From assembly GCA_050261115.1 (NCBI GenBank), contig JBLNCY010000010.1:1-64000 (forward strand): DNA of 64,000 nucleotides. The letters run 5' to 3'. The notes below the pieces were generated by a model, which worked only from the letters and a program-made list of their open reading frames with translations, was not told the origin of the DNA and made no database searches. Of this stretch, positions 40,048-51,141 are shown in pieces. Origin of the DNA: Methanocella sp. (GTDB lineage Archaea; Thermoproteota; Bathyarchaeia; Bathyarchaeales; Bathycorpusculaceae). The translations under genes and the position numbers were made by a program. The stretch's first letter is position 1; each line of letters opens with the position of its first letter.

Positions 40048-40352
40048 CTATTTTCCGGTGCCTATTGATAGCGTAGCAGATAATGCTTCGGAGCTTTTTT
40101 GTATCTCTTTTGTGAAGCTTGAGAGTAACTGATTTTCGGCGGTTACTTGGAGAAGCGCGATCTTGTTGATTACTAATTCGTCGACTAAGTTCATGAGTTT
40201 ATCTAGTTGGTCAAATTTGACCCGGACAGTTTTCGTTTGGGTTTTTACGGCGACTTTTGTGATCGATTTGTTTTCTATGTGATGCTGTATACTTTTGCTT
40301 CTTCTATGAACAATTCTCTGTATTGATCGTTCTCAAGCGACACTAATTTCAT
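40048..40352 (-). pseudogene. cheA: cheA remnant (Hpt start plus dimerisation segment, frameshifted and internally deleted)
   Basis: DQYRELFIEEAK, then in a shifted frame KTVRVKFDQLDKLMNLVDELVINKIAL. Confidence 0.75.
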
Positions 40353-40453
40353 CCTCGAATTGACTAGGCGATTAATTAGGGGAAATAGCGGCAGAATATG
40401 TATTTTGCTCGAGTGCGTCATAAGAGATACACCAAAAAAACGACATGTGTGAG

Positions 40454-41062
40454 TTACCATGGGTCTCTTTTGGAGGCGTGTTCTTTGCGGTTTTGCTCAG
40501 CTATTTTTTGATAGAGTTCCTGTTCGTCGGGCAGTATGATTCGGAAGGCGCCATCAATCTTTCTTACCAGCGGTACCTTGACGTAGCGGTCTTCTCTACG
40601 CACAGGTAAATAAGACAATACAACATACTGTGAGGCATGCGTCATCACTTCGCCTGACTGCCACTTCTCGTCTAAATCCACCTTAATCACATGCTCACCT
40701 GGAGAGATACCTGTCATGTCCATGGTAATTGGGAACTCTAACTCGTCGCTTAACAGTCTACTGGGCGGTATCGCGATCAAGTATGAATTCACCTTATTGT
40801 TATCGAAGAATAAGTCTAGTACAAGGTTAGAGAAATGCATTCTTGACGGCATTAGATGGAAGTTTACTTTTAGTTCCAGTTCAGCTTCTTTTAGAATATG
40901 GCTAAGCTGGAGCGATATTGATTTCTGGGGTTTTGGCGCTCTTGGGGTTTCGGTGGTCTTGGGCAGATTATCGAAGGTTGCCTGTTTAGCTCTGTTGATG
41001 TCTACTTTTGTTTTTTCTCTTAACCGCTGCTTATTCAAACCTAAACACCAACGGAAGGGCAC
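40454..41062 (-). CDS. Hypothetical protein, Ig-like core
   Basis: 202 aa; ISPGEHVIKV beta-sandwich pattern. Confidence 0.65.
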   Translation of the reverse strand: MPFRWCLGLNKQRLREKTKVDINRAKQATFDNLPKTTETPRAPKPQKSISLQLSHILKEAELELKVNFHLMPSRMHFSNLVLDLFFDNNKVNSYLIAIPPSRLLSDELEFPITMDMTGISPGEHVIKVDLDEKWQSGEVMTHASQYVVLSYLPVRREDRYVKVPLVRKIDGAFRIILPDEQELYQKIAEQNRKEHASKRDPW

Positions 41063-41342
41063 TCTTCTGGTTGTATAGCAGATACAAACACTAAAAAGCG
41101 TTTATATCAACAGGAAACGGGTAAGCCTAAACTTAGGTGCCTAACGGTTAGCTATGAAAAATTAAATCTATCGGTTCTGGGTCTGCTTGACTGCCCCAAA
41201 AAGATACAGGCAGGGTATAGTGCAAACTCTTTTTAGACTCAGCACATATCTTTGACAAAAGAGAGGGCGCCCCATCACTCAAACAAGCAACACTAACTCA
41301 CTACAGCGACGGCAAAGCTTTGTCCAAAAGCAAAAGTATTAC

Positions 41343-42908
41343 TTGGGGCTGCTAGCTTTTCTGGTAGTCTTCGTAGTGGCGTCTACTTACATGCTTGGAT
41401 ACATGTCTGTGCAGTGGGATGAGATGCCCCACCTGTTTGGCGCCACGCTGCTTAGCCGCGGCCAATTCTGGGACTACATGACTACCTACGCGTATTATCC
41501 GCCTGTTTTTGATGCAGTTACAACCGGTTACTTCCTGCTTTTTGGAGTTAATGAAGTGGCGGGGCGACTGGTTGCGGTTACCTTTGCGTCGCTGGGCATT
41601 TGGCTGATATTCGAATTCACAAAACGCGTCTATGGCACCAAGCATGCGTTGGTGGCGGCGGTTCTGTTGGGTACCATGCCGGGAATTTTTTGGCTTAGTC
41701 GGGTCACTATGCTTGAGACTATGCTGATTTTCTTTTTTACGCTGGTTATTTTTGCGTTCTATATCTGGTTAAGCAACCCCCAAAGCAACCGGGCCTTAGT
41801 CTTTAGTGGTTTAGCACTTGCCATCGGCATATTGGCGAAGTACCAGATCGTCGTGGCGGGTTTAGCTATGCTGCTTAGCATCGTCTTTCTTTCCCGCAAG
41901 CACCTGGGAGCCAACCTTAAACGGTTCCTTATAATTGCCTTGGTAGTGCTTGTTGTCATAGCTCCTTGGTTCTACGCTATTTACCATTACAACGGCATGA
42001 CCAAATTCGAAACCATCCAATACGTCATGAGCGAAGGAGGCCAAGACCGACCCGCATACAGCAACCGTTTCCAACCCCTCCCCGTATTCTACATAACCGA
42101 AATGACTTGGCCCTTCAAAGACATCCCCGTGCATCCAGTGTCGCTACCGATTTTTATCTTAGGGCTAGCTGGGCTAGGTCTGTTTGCATACCGCCGAAGC
42201 CGGCAGGATATTTTTCTCCTAACTTGGTTTTTGGTTGTGTATGTATTCTTTACCCTTATAAGCAATCGACAGTGGCGTTATGTGACTCCGCTGTTTCCGA
42301 TTCTGGCGATTTCAGCCGCTTCGTTTATTATGTTCCTTTATGGTAAAGTCGAGCGTTGGCAGCCGCCTCCCATGCGGTTTAGGGCTGTGACAATTAAGAA
42401 GGTTGCCTCGGCGGCGTTTATTGCAGTTATCGTTGGCGCCATCGCTTACAGCGCATATAACGCCTATGAGATGACAGAACGCGACCAGATCCATATCCCC
42501 ATTAAAGAAGCCACCGTATACCTCTCAAACAATCTAAATACTAATCAGTCAGCTGTGCTTGTGTGCGCCTATAACTTGCTTAGCCAAGACATGTTCCGCT
42601 TCTACCTGCCAGCAAACATGTCAAGTAGCCAAATCTGGCAGTATCCCGCCAACGCCGTAGACGCCTTTACCCCTGACTTTGAAATTGACGAGTTTGTAGA
42701 GTTATGCCGTGAACGCAGCGTAAAATACATCATACTCTACGACTACGGTGTAAACACAGAATTCTTTAACACAACCCTTGACTACACCCAAATCAAAGCC
42801 ATGATAGCTCAATCAGGGCTTTTTGGCGACCCAGACGATCAACCGTTCTTTGGCGAGTACTACGGTTGGTATGGCTACCGCATCTTTCTGGTGCGCTTTT
42901 TAGGTTAG
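41343..42908 (+). CDS. ArnT/PMT-family (GT-C) membrane glycosyltransferase
   Basis: WDE, YPP, AGRL, LAKY and QWRY.TP motifs; many TM helices. May start at ATC 41274. Confidence 0.88.
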   Translation: MGLLAFLVVFVVASTYMLGYMSVQWDEMPHLFGATLLSRGQFWDYMTTYAYYPPVFDAVTTGYFLLFGVNEVAGRLVAVTFASLGIWLIFEFTKRVYGTKHALVAAVLLGTMPGIFWLSRVTMLETMLIFFFTLVIFAFYIWLSNPQSNRALVFSGLALAIGILAKYQIVVAGLAMLLSIVFLSRKHLGANLKRFLIIALVVLVVIAPWFYAIYHYNGMTKFETIQYVMSEGGQDRPAYSNRFQPLPVFYITEMTWPFKDIPVHPVSLPIFILGLAGLGLFAYRRSRQDIFLLTWFLVVYVFFTLISNRQWRYVTPLFPILAISAASFIMFLYGKVERWQPPPMRFRAVTIKKVASAAFIAVIVGAIAYSAYNAYEMTERDQIHIPIKEATVYLSNNLNTNQSAVLVCAYNLLSQDMFRFYLPANMSSSQIWQYPANAVDAFTPDFEIDEFVELCRERSVKYIILYDYGVNTEFFNTTLDYTQIKAMIAQSGLFGDPDDQPFFGEYYGWYGYRIFLVRFLG

Positions 42909-43366
42909 CACTCTAGCATTTCAAACCCAGTTTCTTTGTCTTTTATGCGCTTTGCTGCGGTGCCGATTAATTCGAAGATGACTACTTCGCCTATCTGCCA
43001 GACCTGGACTCCTGCACGCATACATCCGGTGACGGCGTTTGCGACGGCGTCGTTTCTGCCAAAGCTTCCATGCATATGGAGTTTAGGTTGACCTGCCTCG
43101 TTTTCAAAAATTGTGCCGACACCTAGGCCCTCATGGACGCCTTTTAGTGCGGTAAGCATGATCTGGGGTGGCATGGTATTGCCGTCTTGGGGTCCAACGA
43201 CAAGTTTGGATTTGTCGTTTGCTCCGCCGAGGAAGAAGCACATGGCATGTTTGATCTGCTTTTCCTTAGCAAACGTCTCTATGACTTCATGAACTGTTTC
43301 GTTTTGGTGTAGCCTTAGGATAAAAATCCGGTTTAGGGTTGCTTCTGTATATTCCATGCAGGTCAT
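42905..43366 (-). CDS. PPC/DUF296 domain protein
   Basis: RIFILRL, GVGTI and LHMHGSFG. Confidence 0.88.
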   Translation of the reverse strand: MTCMEYTEATLNRIFILRLHQNETVHEVIETFAKEKQIKHAMCFFLGGANDKSKLVVGPQDGNTMPPQIMLTALKGVHEGLGVGTIFENEAGQPKLHMHGSFGRNDAVANAVTGCMRAGVQVWQIGEVVIFELIGTAAKRIKDKETGFEMLEC

Positions 43367-43497
43367 CTCATGCTTAGAGGGATGAGAGCCAGCTATAAAA
43401 GATTAATATCGAGAATAAATGCCTTGAAAGGTCTTCTCTAAAAGACAGGTGCGCCAAAAAAAATATTTTTTTTTGCTAAACAAAAATAGAAAGGGGT

Positions 43498-44811
43498 TTA
43501 TGGACCCTTCTTGGTGACTTCTTTAACTGCGCCTGCTGCAACAGTTGTGCCCATGTCTCGGATTGCGAATCTGCCGAGTTCTGGGAAATCAGTGAATGCT
43601 TCGATAGCGATTGGGTGGAGTGGTTCCATGCGTACCCAAGCTGCGTCTCCAGTCTTTAGGAATCCTGGGTTCTCTTCTGATACTTGGCCTGTGCGTGGGT
43701 CAATCTTTTTGATTAGCTGTGTGAATTTGACTGCGATTTGGCCTGTGTGGTAGTGTAGGACTGGTGTGTAGCCTGCTGCGATTGCGGTTGGGTGGTAGAT
43801 TACGATGATTTGGCCAATGAATTCTTTTGCTACGGTTGGTGGGTTGTCGACTGGGCCTGCAACATCTCCGCGGTGGACATCAGTTTTTGCGATGCCTCTT
43901 ACGTTCATGCCGATGTTGTCGCCTGGTTCTGCTAGTGGGATGCTTGTGTGGTGCATTTCGATTGATTTGACTTCAGCGGTCTTGTTGGATGGCATGAAAA
44001 TTAGGTTTGTTCCTGGTTTGAGGGTGCCTGTTTCGACTCTGCCGACTGGAACCGTGCCGATACCAGTGATTGTGTAGACATCTTGGATTGGTACGCGGAG
44101 TGGTTTGTTTGTTGGTTTTGCTGGAACTTCAAGTAAGTCGAATGCTTCCATTAAAGTTGGGCCATTGTACCATGGCATGTTTTCGCTCTTCTTGAGGAGG
44201 TTGTCTCCTTTGATGCCTGAGACTGGTACGAAGTTGATTTTTTCTAGTTTATAGCCCACCATCTTGAGCATTCTTGAAATTTCGTTCTTCATTTCCTCAT
44301 AGCGTTCTTTGCTCCAGTTAACTGTGCTGTCGTCCATCTTGTTGATTGCAACAACTAACTGGCGGATGCCTAAGGTGAATGCTAAGAATGCGTGTTCGCG
44401 TGTTTGACCGCCTGCGCCAATACCTGCCTCGAACTCGCCTTTCTTGGCTGAGCTGAAGAGGACTGCTGCGTCGGCTTGGCTTGCGCCAGTGATCATGTTT
44501 TTGATAAAGTCTCTGTGGCCTGGCGCGTCGATAACGGTCATGTTGTATTTCTTGGTTGGGAATTGGAGGAATCGTAAGTCGATGGTGACACCGCGTTCAC
44601 GTTCTTCCTTTAGGTTGTCGAGAACCCAAGCGAAGTGGAAAGTGCCTTTGCCCAGTTGCTCTGCCTGCTGCTTGTAAGCATCGATGGTTCTTTGGTCGAT
44701 AACGCCTGCTAGGTACAGTAAGTGGCCGGTAGTGGTGGATTTACCGTTGTCAACGTGCCCCATGATGATGATGTTTAGGTGGGGTTTTCCTTCTTGTTTG
44801 CTCATTTTCAT
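43498..44811 (-). CDS. tuf: Translation elongation factor EF-1 alpha
   Basis: [26 protein letters not shown] and [10 protein letters not shown]. Start may be 44805. Confidence 0.99.
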   Translation of the reverse strand: MKMSKQEGKPHLNIIIMGHVDNGKSTTTGHLLYLAGVIDQRTIDAYKQQAEQLGKGTFHFAWVLDNLKEERERGVTIDLRFLQFPTKKYNMTVIDAPGHRDFIKNMITGASQADAAVLFSSAKKGEFEAGIGAGGQTREHAFLAFTLGIRQLVVAINKMDDSTVNWSKERYEEMKNEISRMLKMVGYKLEKINFVPVSGIKGDNLLKKSENMPWYNGPTLMEAFDLLEVPAKPTNKPLRVPIQDVYTITGIGTVPVGRVETGTLKPGTNLIFMPSNKTAEVKSIEMHHTSIPLAEPGDNIGMNVRGIAKTDVHRGDVAGPVDNPPTVAKEFIGQIIVIYHPTAIAAGYTPVLHYHTGQIAVKFTQLIKKIDPRTGQVSEENPGFLKTGDAAWVRMEPLHPIAIEAFTDFPELGRFAIRDMGTTVAAGAVKEVTKKGP

Positions 44812-45095
44812 TCCTTCTATTATTTTTACCTAAATATTGAAATTCGTTAACACATCAGTCCTCCAATTATTTTAAGTTTATGATAACGGTGTTCCGTTTA
44901 CTTACCGTTGACGCAAGCAAGAGAACCACCTCTTGATAACCCAAAACACCCCTTACGAAACTAAGAAATACAAAACCGCCCCCCAGAAAACCTAAACTCA
45001 TGTTTGCTCTTTGCTTCCACTCACTGCCTCAAATGTTGGCTGGCTGATATGTATTCGTTTAAAAACCGGTGCGTTGTAGTTGTGGCTAGGTCTGA

Positions 45096-45560
45096 TTACT
45101 GGATCGTTCCCATGCTTCTGTTTTTCTGCAGGCGTGTGAGAGGCAGATGCTTGTAGCCCTCTAAGAGGAGGAACACGGCATCAAACGGGATATAGATTGA
45201 AGCCGCCACCATCCAAGACGTTACTGCTTGGTGGTGAAGCCTAAGTTTAGGGTGAATATGCGTGTGTGCTGTGGGATGAGCCATAGATTGTAGTATTATG
45301 CTAAGTCTATTTGGTTGCCCATGAGGTAGCTTACTAAGCTATAGAAGGCGTCGTTCATTACGGTGTTAGTAGGCCTAAGCCGAGGGTGGGTTTTTAGGCT
45401 TTGGGGTTTACTATTGAGAGGAGGGCATAGGGCATGAATACATGAAGGTTAACCATAGGGTTAGCCGCTTATGGCGCCTCCGTTTGTGATTATGTCAATG
45501 TAGTTGATGAAAATTAAGCCGTAGAATACGGCGAAGAGACAGAGGGCGAGTGTTTTTTTG
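45096..45560 (-). pseudogene. Decayed membrane protein gene
   Basis: Hydrophobic segments (LCLFAVFYGLIFINYIDII, YYNLWLIPQ, VTSWMVAASIY) interrupted by stops and frameshifts. Confidence 0.5.
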
Positions 45561-45824
45561 CTTCTACTTGCGGGTTATGTGGTGTTTGAGGGTTTGGTCT
45601 GTTGCCAACGGAGGGACGCAGTAGCTCTCAAGTGAACAATAATAAGGGTTGTCTATCAGTATACAGACTGCTTGAAGCATATGTTGAAGCGTTTTTAACT
45701 GAAAAGCGATTGTTTAAAACAAATAGGCGCTTAGTTAGTTAATTTATTGATGTTTGTTCGGTTTTTATTTATGTTTTGAGTAACATTATTAATAGCAGAT
45801 TCCGCTGTAACTTGGAGAAGGGAC

Positions 45825-48377
45825 ATGTTAACCGAAATAAAACTCGACGGCCTCTGGAGATTCAAAGGCTATACCGGCCTCAACGGCAAAGAACAAGGAG
45901 CCCACACCGCAGCTTGCCCCCTCGAAGGTTGGCTGCTTGCAGAAGCTCCCCTAACAGCCCATACCAATCTCATGGATCACAAGCTCATACCTGACCCCTT
46001 CAAGGGCTGTAACGAAAGGGAAGTCCAATGGGTAAGCGAAAACGAGTGGTGGTACCGCAAAGAAATCGAACTCACCGAAGAAGTCACAAGCAAAGACGCG
46101 GTGGAACTCTACTTTGGCGGCCTAGACACATTTGCCACTATATGGTTAAACGATGTCCAGATCGGCGAAGCCAACAACATGTTCACGCCTTGGCGCTTTA
46201 ACATAAAAAGCATCGTAAAGCCCGGGAAAAACATCTTGGCAATACGCTTTAGACCTGTCTGCAAAGTTGCCAGTGAACTCGAAGCCCAGCATAGGCACAA
46301 GTATGCCTGTCTAAGCGCCGAAAACTTTAGCGCACGCCCCTACGTTCGCAAGGCGCAGTACTCGTTTGGCTGGGATTGGGGCCCAACTTTACCGACGGCG
46401 GGGATATGGCGGCAGGCAAAAATCTATGCCTACAACAAGGCGCGGCTGGGCTATGTGGCGTCGACGCCGCTTGACGTTTCAGCGGAAAAGGCCACCGTTA
46501 AACTGACTGCAGAACTACACGCAGTAGCTGAAACCGAGCTATGCCTAAATTTCTTACTTAGCGGTTATGGGCAGCGTTTTGAGGATGAGGTTTTAGTGAA
46601 GGTTTCGCCAGGAAGAAACTTTGCCGAATGCACTTTTGAGGTGCCCAAGCCAAGGTTGTGGTGGCCCCGAGGCTACGGCGAGGCTGCACTCTATGACGCA
46701 AAAGTCGAAGTCTACAGCGAGGCCGAACTCTTAGATACTGCCGCTGTCAAGGTGGGGATTCGCTCCGTCAAACTTATCCAGGAGCCTGACGAGGAGGGCA
46801 AATCTTTCATTTTCCAAATCAACGGTCAAAACGTCTTCTGCAAAGGCGCCAACTGGATTCCTGCAGACTCTTTTCTGCCCAAAGTTAACTATCAACAATA
46901 CAACAAACTCCTAACCTACGCGGCAGAAGCTAACTTTAACATGCTGCGCGTCTGGGGCGGCGGAGTCTATGAAGCCGACGAATTCTACGATCTCTGTGAT
47001 GCGTTGGGGATTATGGTTTGGCAGGATTTCATGTATGTCTGCGCAGGGTACCCTGAAGAGGAATGGTTCCTAAGGGAAGCTGAGCGGGAAGCGATGGAAG
47101 CGATTTTGCGGTTACGAGGACACCCATGCATCGTTGTCTGGTGCGGCAATAACGAAAATCAATGGCTACATAACGTGCTCTGGCGGCAACGAGACAAAGT
47201 GGAGCGTCTCTACGGCTCAACCATCTATGAGTCACTACTGTCAAGAATATGCCAAAGCCTCGATCCCACAAGACCTTATCGCCCCAGCTCACCGTTTGGA
47301 GGCGAAGACGCCGCGGGTAGACATGAGGGGGATCGGCATAACTGGGAAGTCTGGAGCCAAGGCGTCGACTACCCAGGCTACTTAGCGGATAACGGCCGCT
47401 TTATCTCAGAGTTCGGTTGGCAAGCGCCCCCCACCATGGAGCTGCTCGAAGCATACCTAGCGCGGGAAGATTTGACGCCCTACTCCTATGCTTTCCGAGC
47501 CCATGAAAAACAAACCGGCGGCTTAGAGCTGATGCGGGCGCTGTTAGCGATTCATTATCCTGTGCCAGATGATCTGCGGCTCTTTGTACTCTACAGTCAA
47601 CTCAATCAAGGCGACGCGCTTAAAATGGCTGTCACCTATTGGCGTAGCCGCATGTTTAGAACCAGTGGATGCCTCATTTGGCAGCTTAACGATTGCTGGC
47701 CCGTGATTAGCTGGTCGCTAATCGACTATGGCTTAAACCCCAAAGCCGCATACTACTACGTCAAAAGAACCTGCCAACCAATAATCGCACCCATAATCGT
47801 CAAAGAAGGCCAAGCCCAAATCCACATAATCAACGAAACAAACACACCGCTAAGCGCAAGGCTAAAACTCCAAGTCATGACCTTCGGCGGTGAGGTCCTG
47901 TTTGATGAGGTGGTGGAGAAGCAGGTTCCAGCTTACACTTCAATGCTTGGCATAGCAAAGATGATGGATGATTTGCCTCTTAATAGCAATTACATACTTG
48001 TATCTACCCTGACGAACAAAGATGAAGTGCTCTATGTTGACTCAAGAACGGTTGCAGAGCCCAAGGCCCTAAAACTGCCCCCGTCCAAGGTTCAATCAAC
48101 GGTCAGTCAAGTTGACGATAAAACCTTTGAAGTAACGCTTACATCGGACATCTATGCCAAAGCCCTAAAACTAGACGCGGCTGACTTGAAAGCCAAGTGG
48201 AGCGACAACTTTTTTGATCTTCTACCCGCCCAGCCAAAAACCATAACCTGCCGCCTAGAGCAGGCTATTAGCCTTCAGCAGTTTGAGACAGCCTTGAAGT
48301 GGCAGTCGTACCCATACAAAGAAACAGAGCAAGCGACCCTAAAGCCCGCTACGGCTTCTTTAGCATCAAAACGTTAG
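45825..48377 (+). CDS. GH2 beta-mannosidase
   Basis: GLDT, RKAQYSFGWDWGP, KGANWIP, RVWGGG, WCGNNE and FISEFG. Confidence 0.93.
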   Translation: MLTEIKLDGLWRFKGYTGLNGKEQGAHTAACPLEGWLLAEAPLTAHTNLMDHKLIPDPFKGCNEREVQWVSENEWWYRKEIELTEEVTSKDAVELYFGGLDTFATIWLNDVQIGEANNMFTPWRFNIKSIVKPGKNILAIRFRPVCKVASELEAQHRHKYACLSAENFSARPYVRKAQYSFGWDWGPTLPTAGIWRQAKIYAYNKARLGYVASTPLDVSAEKATVKLTAELHAVAETELCLNFLLSGYGQRFEDEVLVKVSPGRNFAECTFEVPKPRLWWPRGYGEAALYDAKVEVYSEAELLDTAAVKVGIRSVKLIQEPDEEGKSFIFQINGQNVFCKGANWIPADSFLPKVNYQQYNKLLTYAAEANFNMLRVWGGGVYEADEFYDLCDALGIMVWQDFMYVCAGYPEEEWFLREAEREAMEAILRLRGHPCIVVWCGNNENQWLHNVLWRQRDKVERLYGSTIYESLLSRICQSLDPTRPYRPSSPFGGEDAAGRHEGDRHNWEVWSQGVDYPGYLADNGRFISEFGWQAPPTMELLEAYLAREDLTPYSYAFRAHEKQTGGLELMRALLAIHYPVPDDLRLFVLYSQLNQGDALKMAVTYWRSRMFRTSGCLIWQLNDCWPVISWSLIDYGLNPKAAYYYVKRTCQPIIAPIIVKEGQAQIHIINETNTPLSARLKLQVMTFGGEVLFDEVVEKQVPAYTSMLGIAKMMDDLPLNSNYILVSTLTNKDEVLYVDSRTVAEPKALKLPPSKVQSTVSQVDDKTFEVTLTSDIYAKALKLDAADLKAKWSDNFFDLLPAQPKTITCRLEQAISLQQFETALKWQSYPYKETEQATLKPATASLASKR

Positions 48378-49428
48378 CTATTCCGCTTTTGAGCAGGGAT
48401 TTAGCTCCAATCCAATTTACCAGCGCATAACCCACCAATATTTGAGACCAAAAAGTCAGCAGGCGAACGATGGTTGTGGCTGCGGCGGCTGTAACTATTG
48501 GAACACCATAAACCGCGAAAAGGTTCACCATGGTGACTTCGACGGCGCCCACAGGGATACCGGCTGTGATGGTCTCCACTGTGGTAACTATACAGTATAC
48601 GGTGGCTAAGTTAACCAGCGATATAGCGGTGAAGTCCAGCGAGTAGAAAATCATCAAGTAAACAACCAAGTTAAATATCCAGGAGATTATGGCGTAGATT
48701 GTGGGTTTTATAAGTTGTCGGGGCTGTTTTTTGAAGGTTTTAAAAACGTCGCTAAAGGAATGCAGGCTATTGTGCAGCTTTGCTTCGATGGATTGTTGTT
48801 TCTCGGGGTTTTTTATGATTTTCTTGGCGGCCCACATTGTAGCGGTGACTAACTTGTCTGCTACGCTAGCCTTGAAGGCCACTGCGAACACGCATAGCAG
48901 CATGACGGCGGTGCCAGCAACTACCAGCACTACGGGCGTTACAAGGTAGAGCGGCAACTGGTTAGTAAAGAGCAGCAGCACAAACGCCACCAGCAGTCCC
49001 CCGGAGTACACGAAGGTGCTTATGATGCGGGAGCCAAGGACTGTTGCGGCAGCTATGCCCGTGTCGTTTTTGGTTTCTTTTTGGGCTAAGGCGATGCGGG
49101 CGACTTCTCCGCCGACTGTGGCAGCGGGGATTATGAGTTCTACAAAGTTGCCGATCCAGTTGTAGAGCACCAGCTTTCGAAGCTTTACTTTAACTGAAAG
49201 CGACTTTAGCAGTGAATCCCAGATTAATGAGTCAAAGATGACCGCGGCAAATAATGCTGCAACGGCTAACCCGATAAAGAGTGAGTATTGGTAGATGTTT
49301 ATTTGGCTTAAAAGCATGAATAAGCCGTCAAAGCCGACGAAAAGCCACAAGTAGAGGACAAACGCCACCAACCCTAACGTCATAAACCCAATGGTTTTTC
49401 GTCCAAGCAACCCCAGTCTAACTCTCAC
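48349..49428 (-). CDS. UPF0104 / lysylphosphatidylglycerol synthase TM (flippase-like) protein
   Basis: PAATVGGEVAR, G.VE and RLLTFW. Start trimmed to GTG at 49428. Confidence 0.85.
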   Translation of the reverse strand: MRVRLGLLGRKTIGFMTLGLVAFVLYLWLFVGFDGLFMLLSQINIYQYSLFIGLAVAALFAAVIFDSLIWDSLLKSLSVKVKLRKLVLYNWIGNFVELIIPAATVGGEVARIALAQKETKNDTGIAAATVLGSRIISTFVYSGGLLVAFVLLLFTNQLPLYLVTPVVLVVAGTAVMLLCVFAVAFKASVADKLVTATMWAAKKIIKNPEKQQSIEAKLHNSLHSFSDVFKTFKKQPRQLIKPTIYAIISWIFNLVVYLMIFYSLDFTAISLVNLATVYCIVTTVETITAGIPVGAVEVTMVNLFAVYGVPIVTAAAATTIVRLLTFWSQILVGYALVNWIGAKSLLKSGIANVLMLKKP

Positions 49429-49717
49429 CTTCCCTTGTTTACTGCCGGTTAGCAGAAAAATCGCCGTCGTCGAGGATGGTTCGAGGCGTTTTTCTGGCTT
49501 AACTAAAAGGTACCTGTTCCCTAGTTTTCGATTACAGTTTGCATAGAAATTCATGTTTGAGTATTTATTAATCAAGTGGCAAGCAAAACAGGTTTCATCC
49601 AAGCATTATGTATTATTTAAGGTGGCAAGTTAGCGATAATGCAACATTGTGTGCTGGGATCGGTTTACCAAAAAATATAACTTCCTCACTACGCATTAGC
49701 TAGTTTGGGATTTTGTT

Positions 49718-50152
49718 TTGTCTTCAGATTCTAATATGCTCAAGAACTTATTACTCACTCTAAAAACTAAGTCGTTAACTTCTGAGAATGTTTTCAGGCG
49801 GGAAACAAAAGAAGTTGATGACATGTTTATGGATCTGCTTAGTGTGTTCCAGCGCTACTATGATAAGGCCCCTGACAGCGATAAGCAGCTCTTAAGAAGC
49901 ATGCAAGACCTCATCATTCTACTTTCTGAGCAAGTGCACACTTCCCATCACCAAGCAGAAAACGCATTGGCCGACTATAAAGTCTACATCACCGCATTGG
50001 AGGGCAGCTACAAGAGCATGGATGGCGACTTTGAGAAAACCGTAGCCCGCCCAGCAGAGGAAGAGGCAAAAGAGAAGGATCAAGAGGAAGAGGAACGCGC
50101 CAAAGCCATCGAGGAATACAGCAAACGCGCCAGACCCCGATTCTATGAATAA
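49718..50152 (+). CDS. Helical/coiled-coil hypothetical protein
   Basis: 144 aa with an acidic C-terminal helix. Confidence 0.65.
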   Translation: MSSDSNMLKNLLLTLKTKSLTSENVFRRETKEVDDMFMDLLSVFQRYYDKAPDSDKQLLRSMQDLIILLSEQVHTSHHQAENALADYKVYITALEGSYKSMDGDFEKTVARPAEEEAKEKDQEEEERAKAIEEYSKRARPRFYE

Positions 50153-51001
50153 TCAGCCGCGTTCTACAAGTTCGACCGGGGTGCCGTCGGGGTCCGCGAC
50201 GAAGGCTACAGTCGTGTATTCGTTGAATTTGTAGGGTTCCTCTGTTATTGTTATGCCGTCTTTTTTCATGGCGGCGATGGTTCTGTTTATGTCTGGTACA
50301 TCAAAGCCAATGTGGTCAAAATGGCTTTTCTTGATTGTTGCTTGTTGGGCTTGTGGTTGGTTGCGGTGGTGGGTGAGTTCGAGGGTGCAGCCTTTGCCTT
50401 GCGGGTCCTGAAGGAAAGCAAGCTCGGCTTTGTCTAGGGTGATTCGGCGTTTGACTTGTAAACCGAAATATTTCTGGTAAAAGTCAATTGACCGCTGCAA
50501 ATCGCTTGCTGGGATGCTGACATGCAAAAACAACCCCGCCAAGACACCCTGAGTGGCGTTGTTGGCTGTTTTTGGTTGCCGTGGCTTTCGGGCTTGCTCA
50601 TCTAACGCTTTGTTTACTAGTGCGTCGGCCATGCTGATTTTAGGGTGCTCCCGCGGAACATTAACAAAGCCCACCTTTTTGAAGCCACCTTGTAAATCTT
50701 TGACTTGCACAAAGAGCTTATGGAGTTCCTCATTTCGCACGGCATATTGGCCTTTAAGTTGCCTTGCCACTAACTCGCTGTCAAGGTGACAGATGACTTC
50801 GGGCACCTTTAATTCCAATGCGTACTGGAGCGCCATGAGTAGCGCGTGGTATTCGGCTTGGTTGTTGGTGCGGATGCCTAGGTATTGCGAATCGGTCTTT
50901 AGTGTCACGCCTGCTTCGTTGGTGGCTATGAAGGCCGCGGCTGCGGGTCCGGGGTTTCCTCTTGCGCCGCCATCAGAATAAAGGAGTAGTTTCTGGATCA
51001 T
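50153..51001 (-). CDS. rnhA: Ribonuclease HI fused to a VOC/glyoxalase domain
   Basis: DGGARGNPGP, TNNQAEY, DSELV and ADAL, then HVSI, LELTH, DHIGF and DPDGTPVEL. Confidence 0.88.
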   Translation of the reverse strand: MIQKLLLYSDGGARGNPGPAAAAFIATNEAGVTLKTDSQYLGIRTNNQAEYHALLMALQYALELKVPEVICHLDSELVARQLKGQYAVRNEELHKLFVQVKDLQGGFKKVGFVNVPREHPKISMADALVNKALDEQARKPRQPKTANNATQGVLAGLFLHVSIPASDLQRSIDFYQKYFGLQVKRRITLDKAELAFLQDPQGKGCTLELTHHRNQPQAQQATIKKSHFDHIGFDVPDINRTIAAMKKDGITITEEPYKFNEYTTVAFVADPDGTPVELVERG

Positions 51002-51141
51002 CTTTTGTGGTTCCCATCCACCTTTAGATGGAGCAGCCTATTTAAGCCCTATAGGCAATCGGTTGTTTGTGGTTGCTGGATTACAGTCACATTGTTTTAT
51101 GAGCAAAAACGCCTACCTGTTTTGGTCGAGAGGACTTCAAA

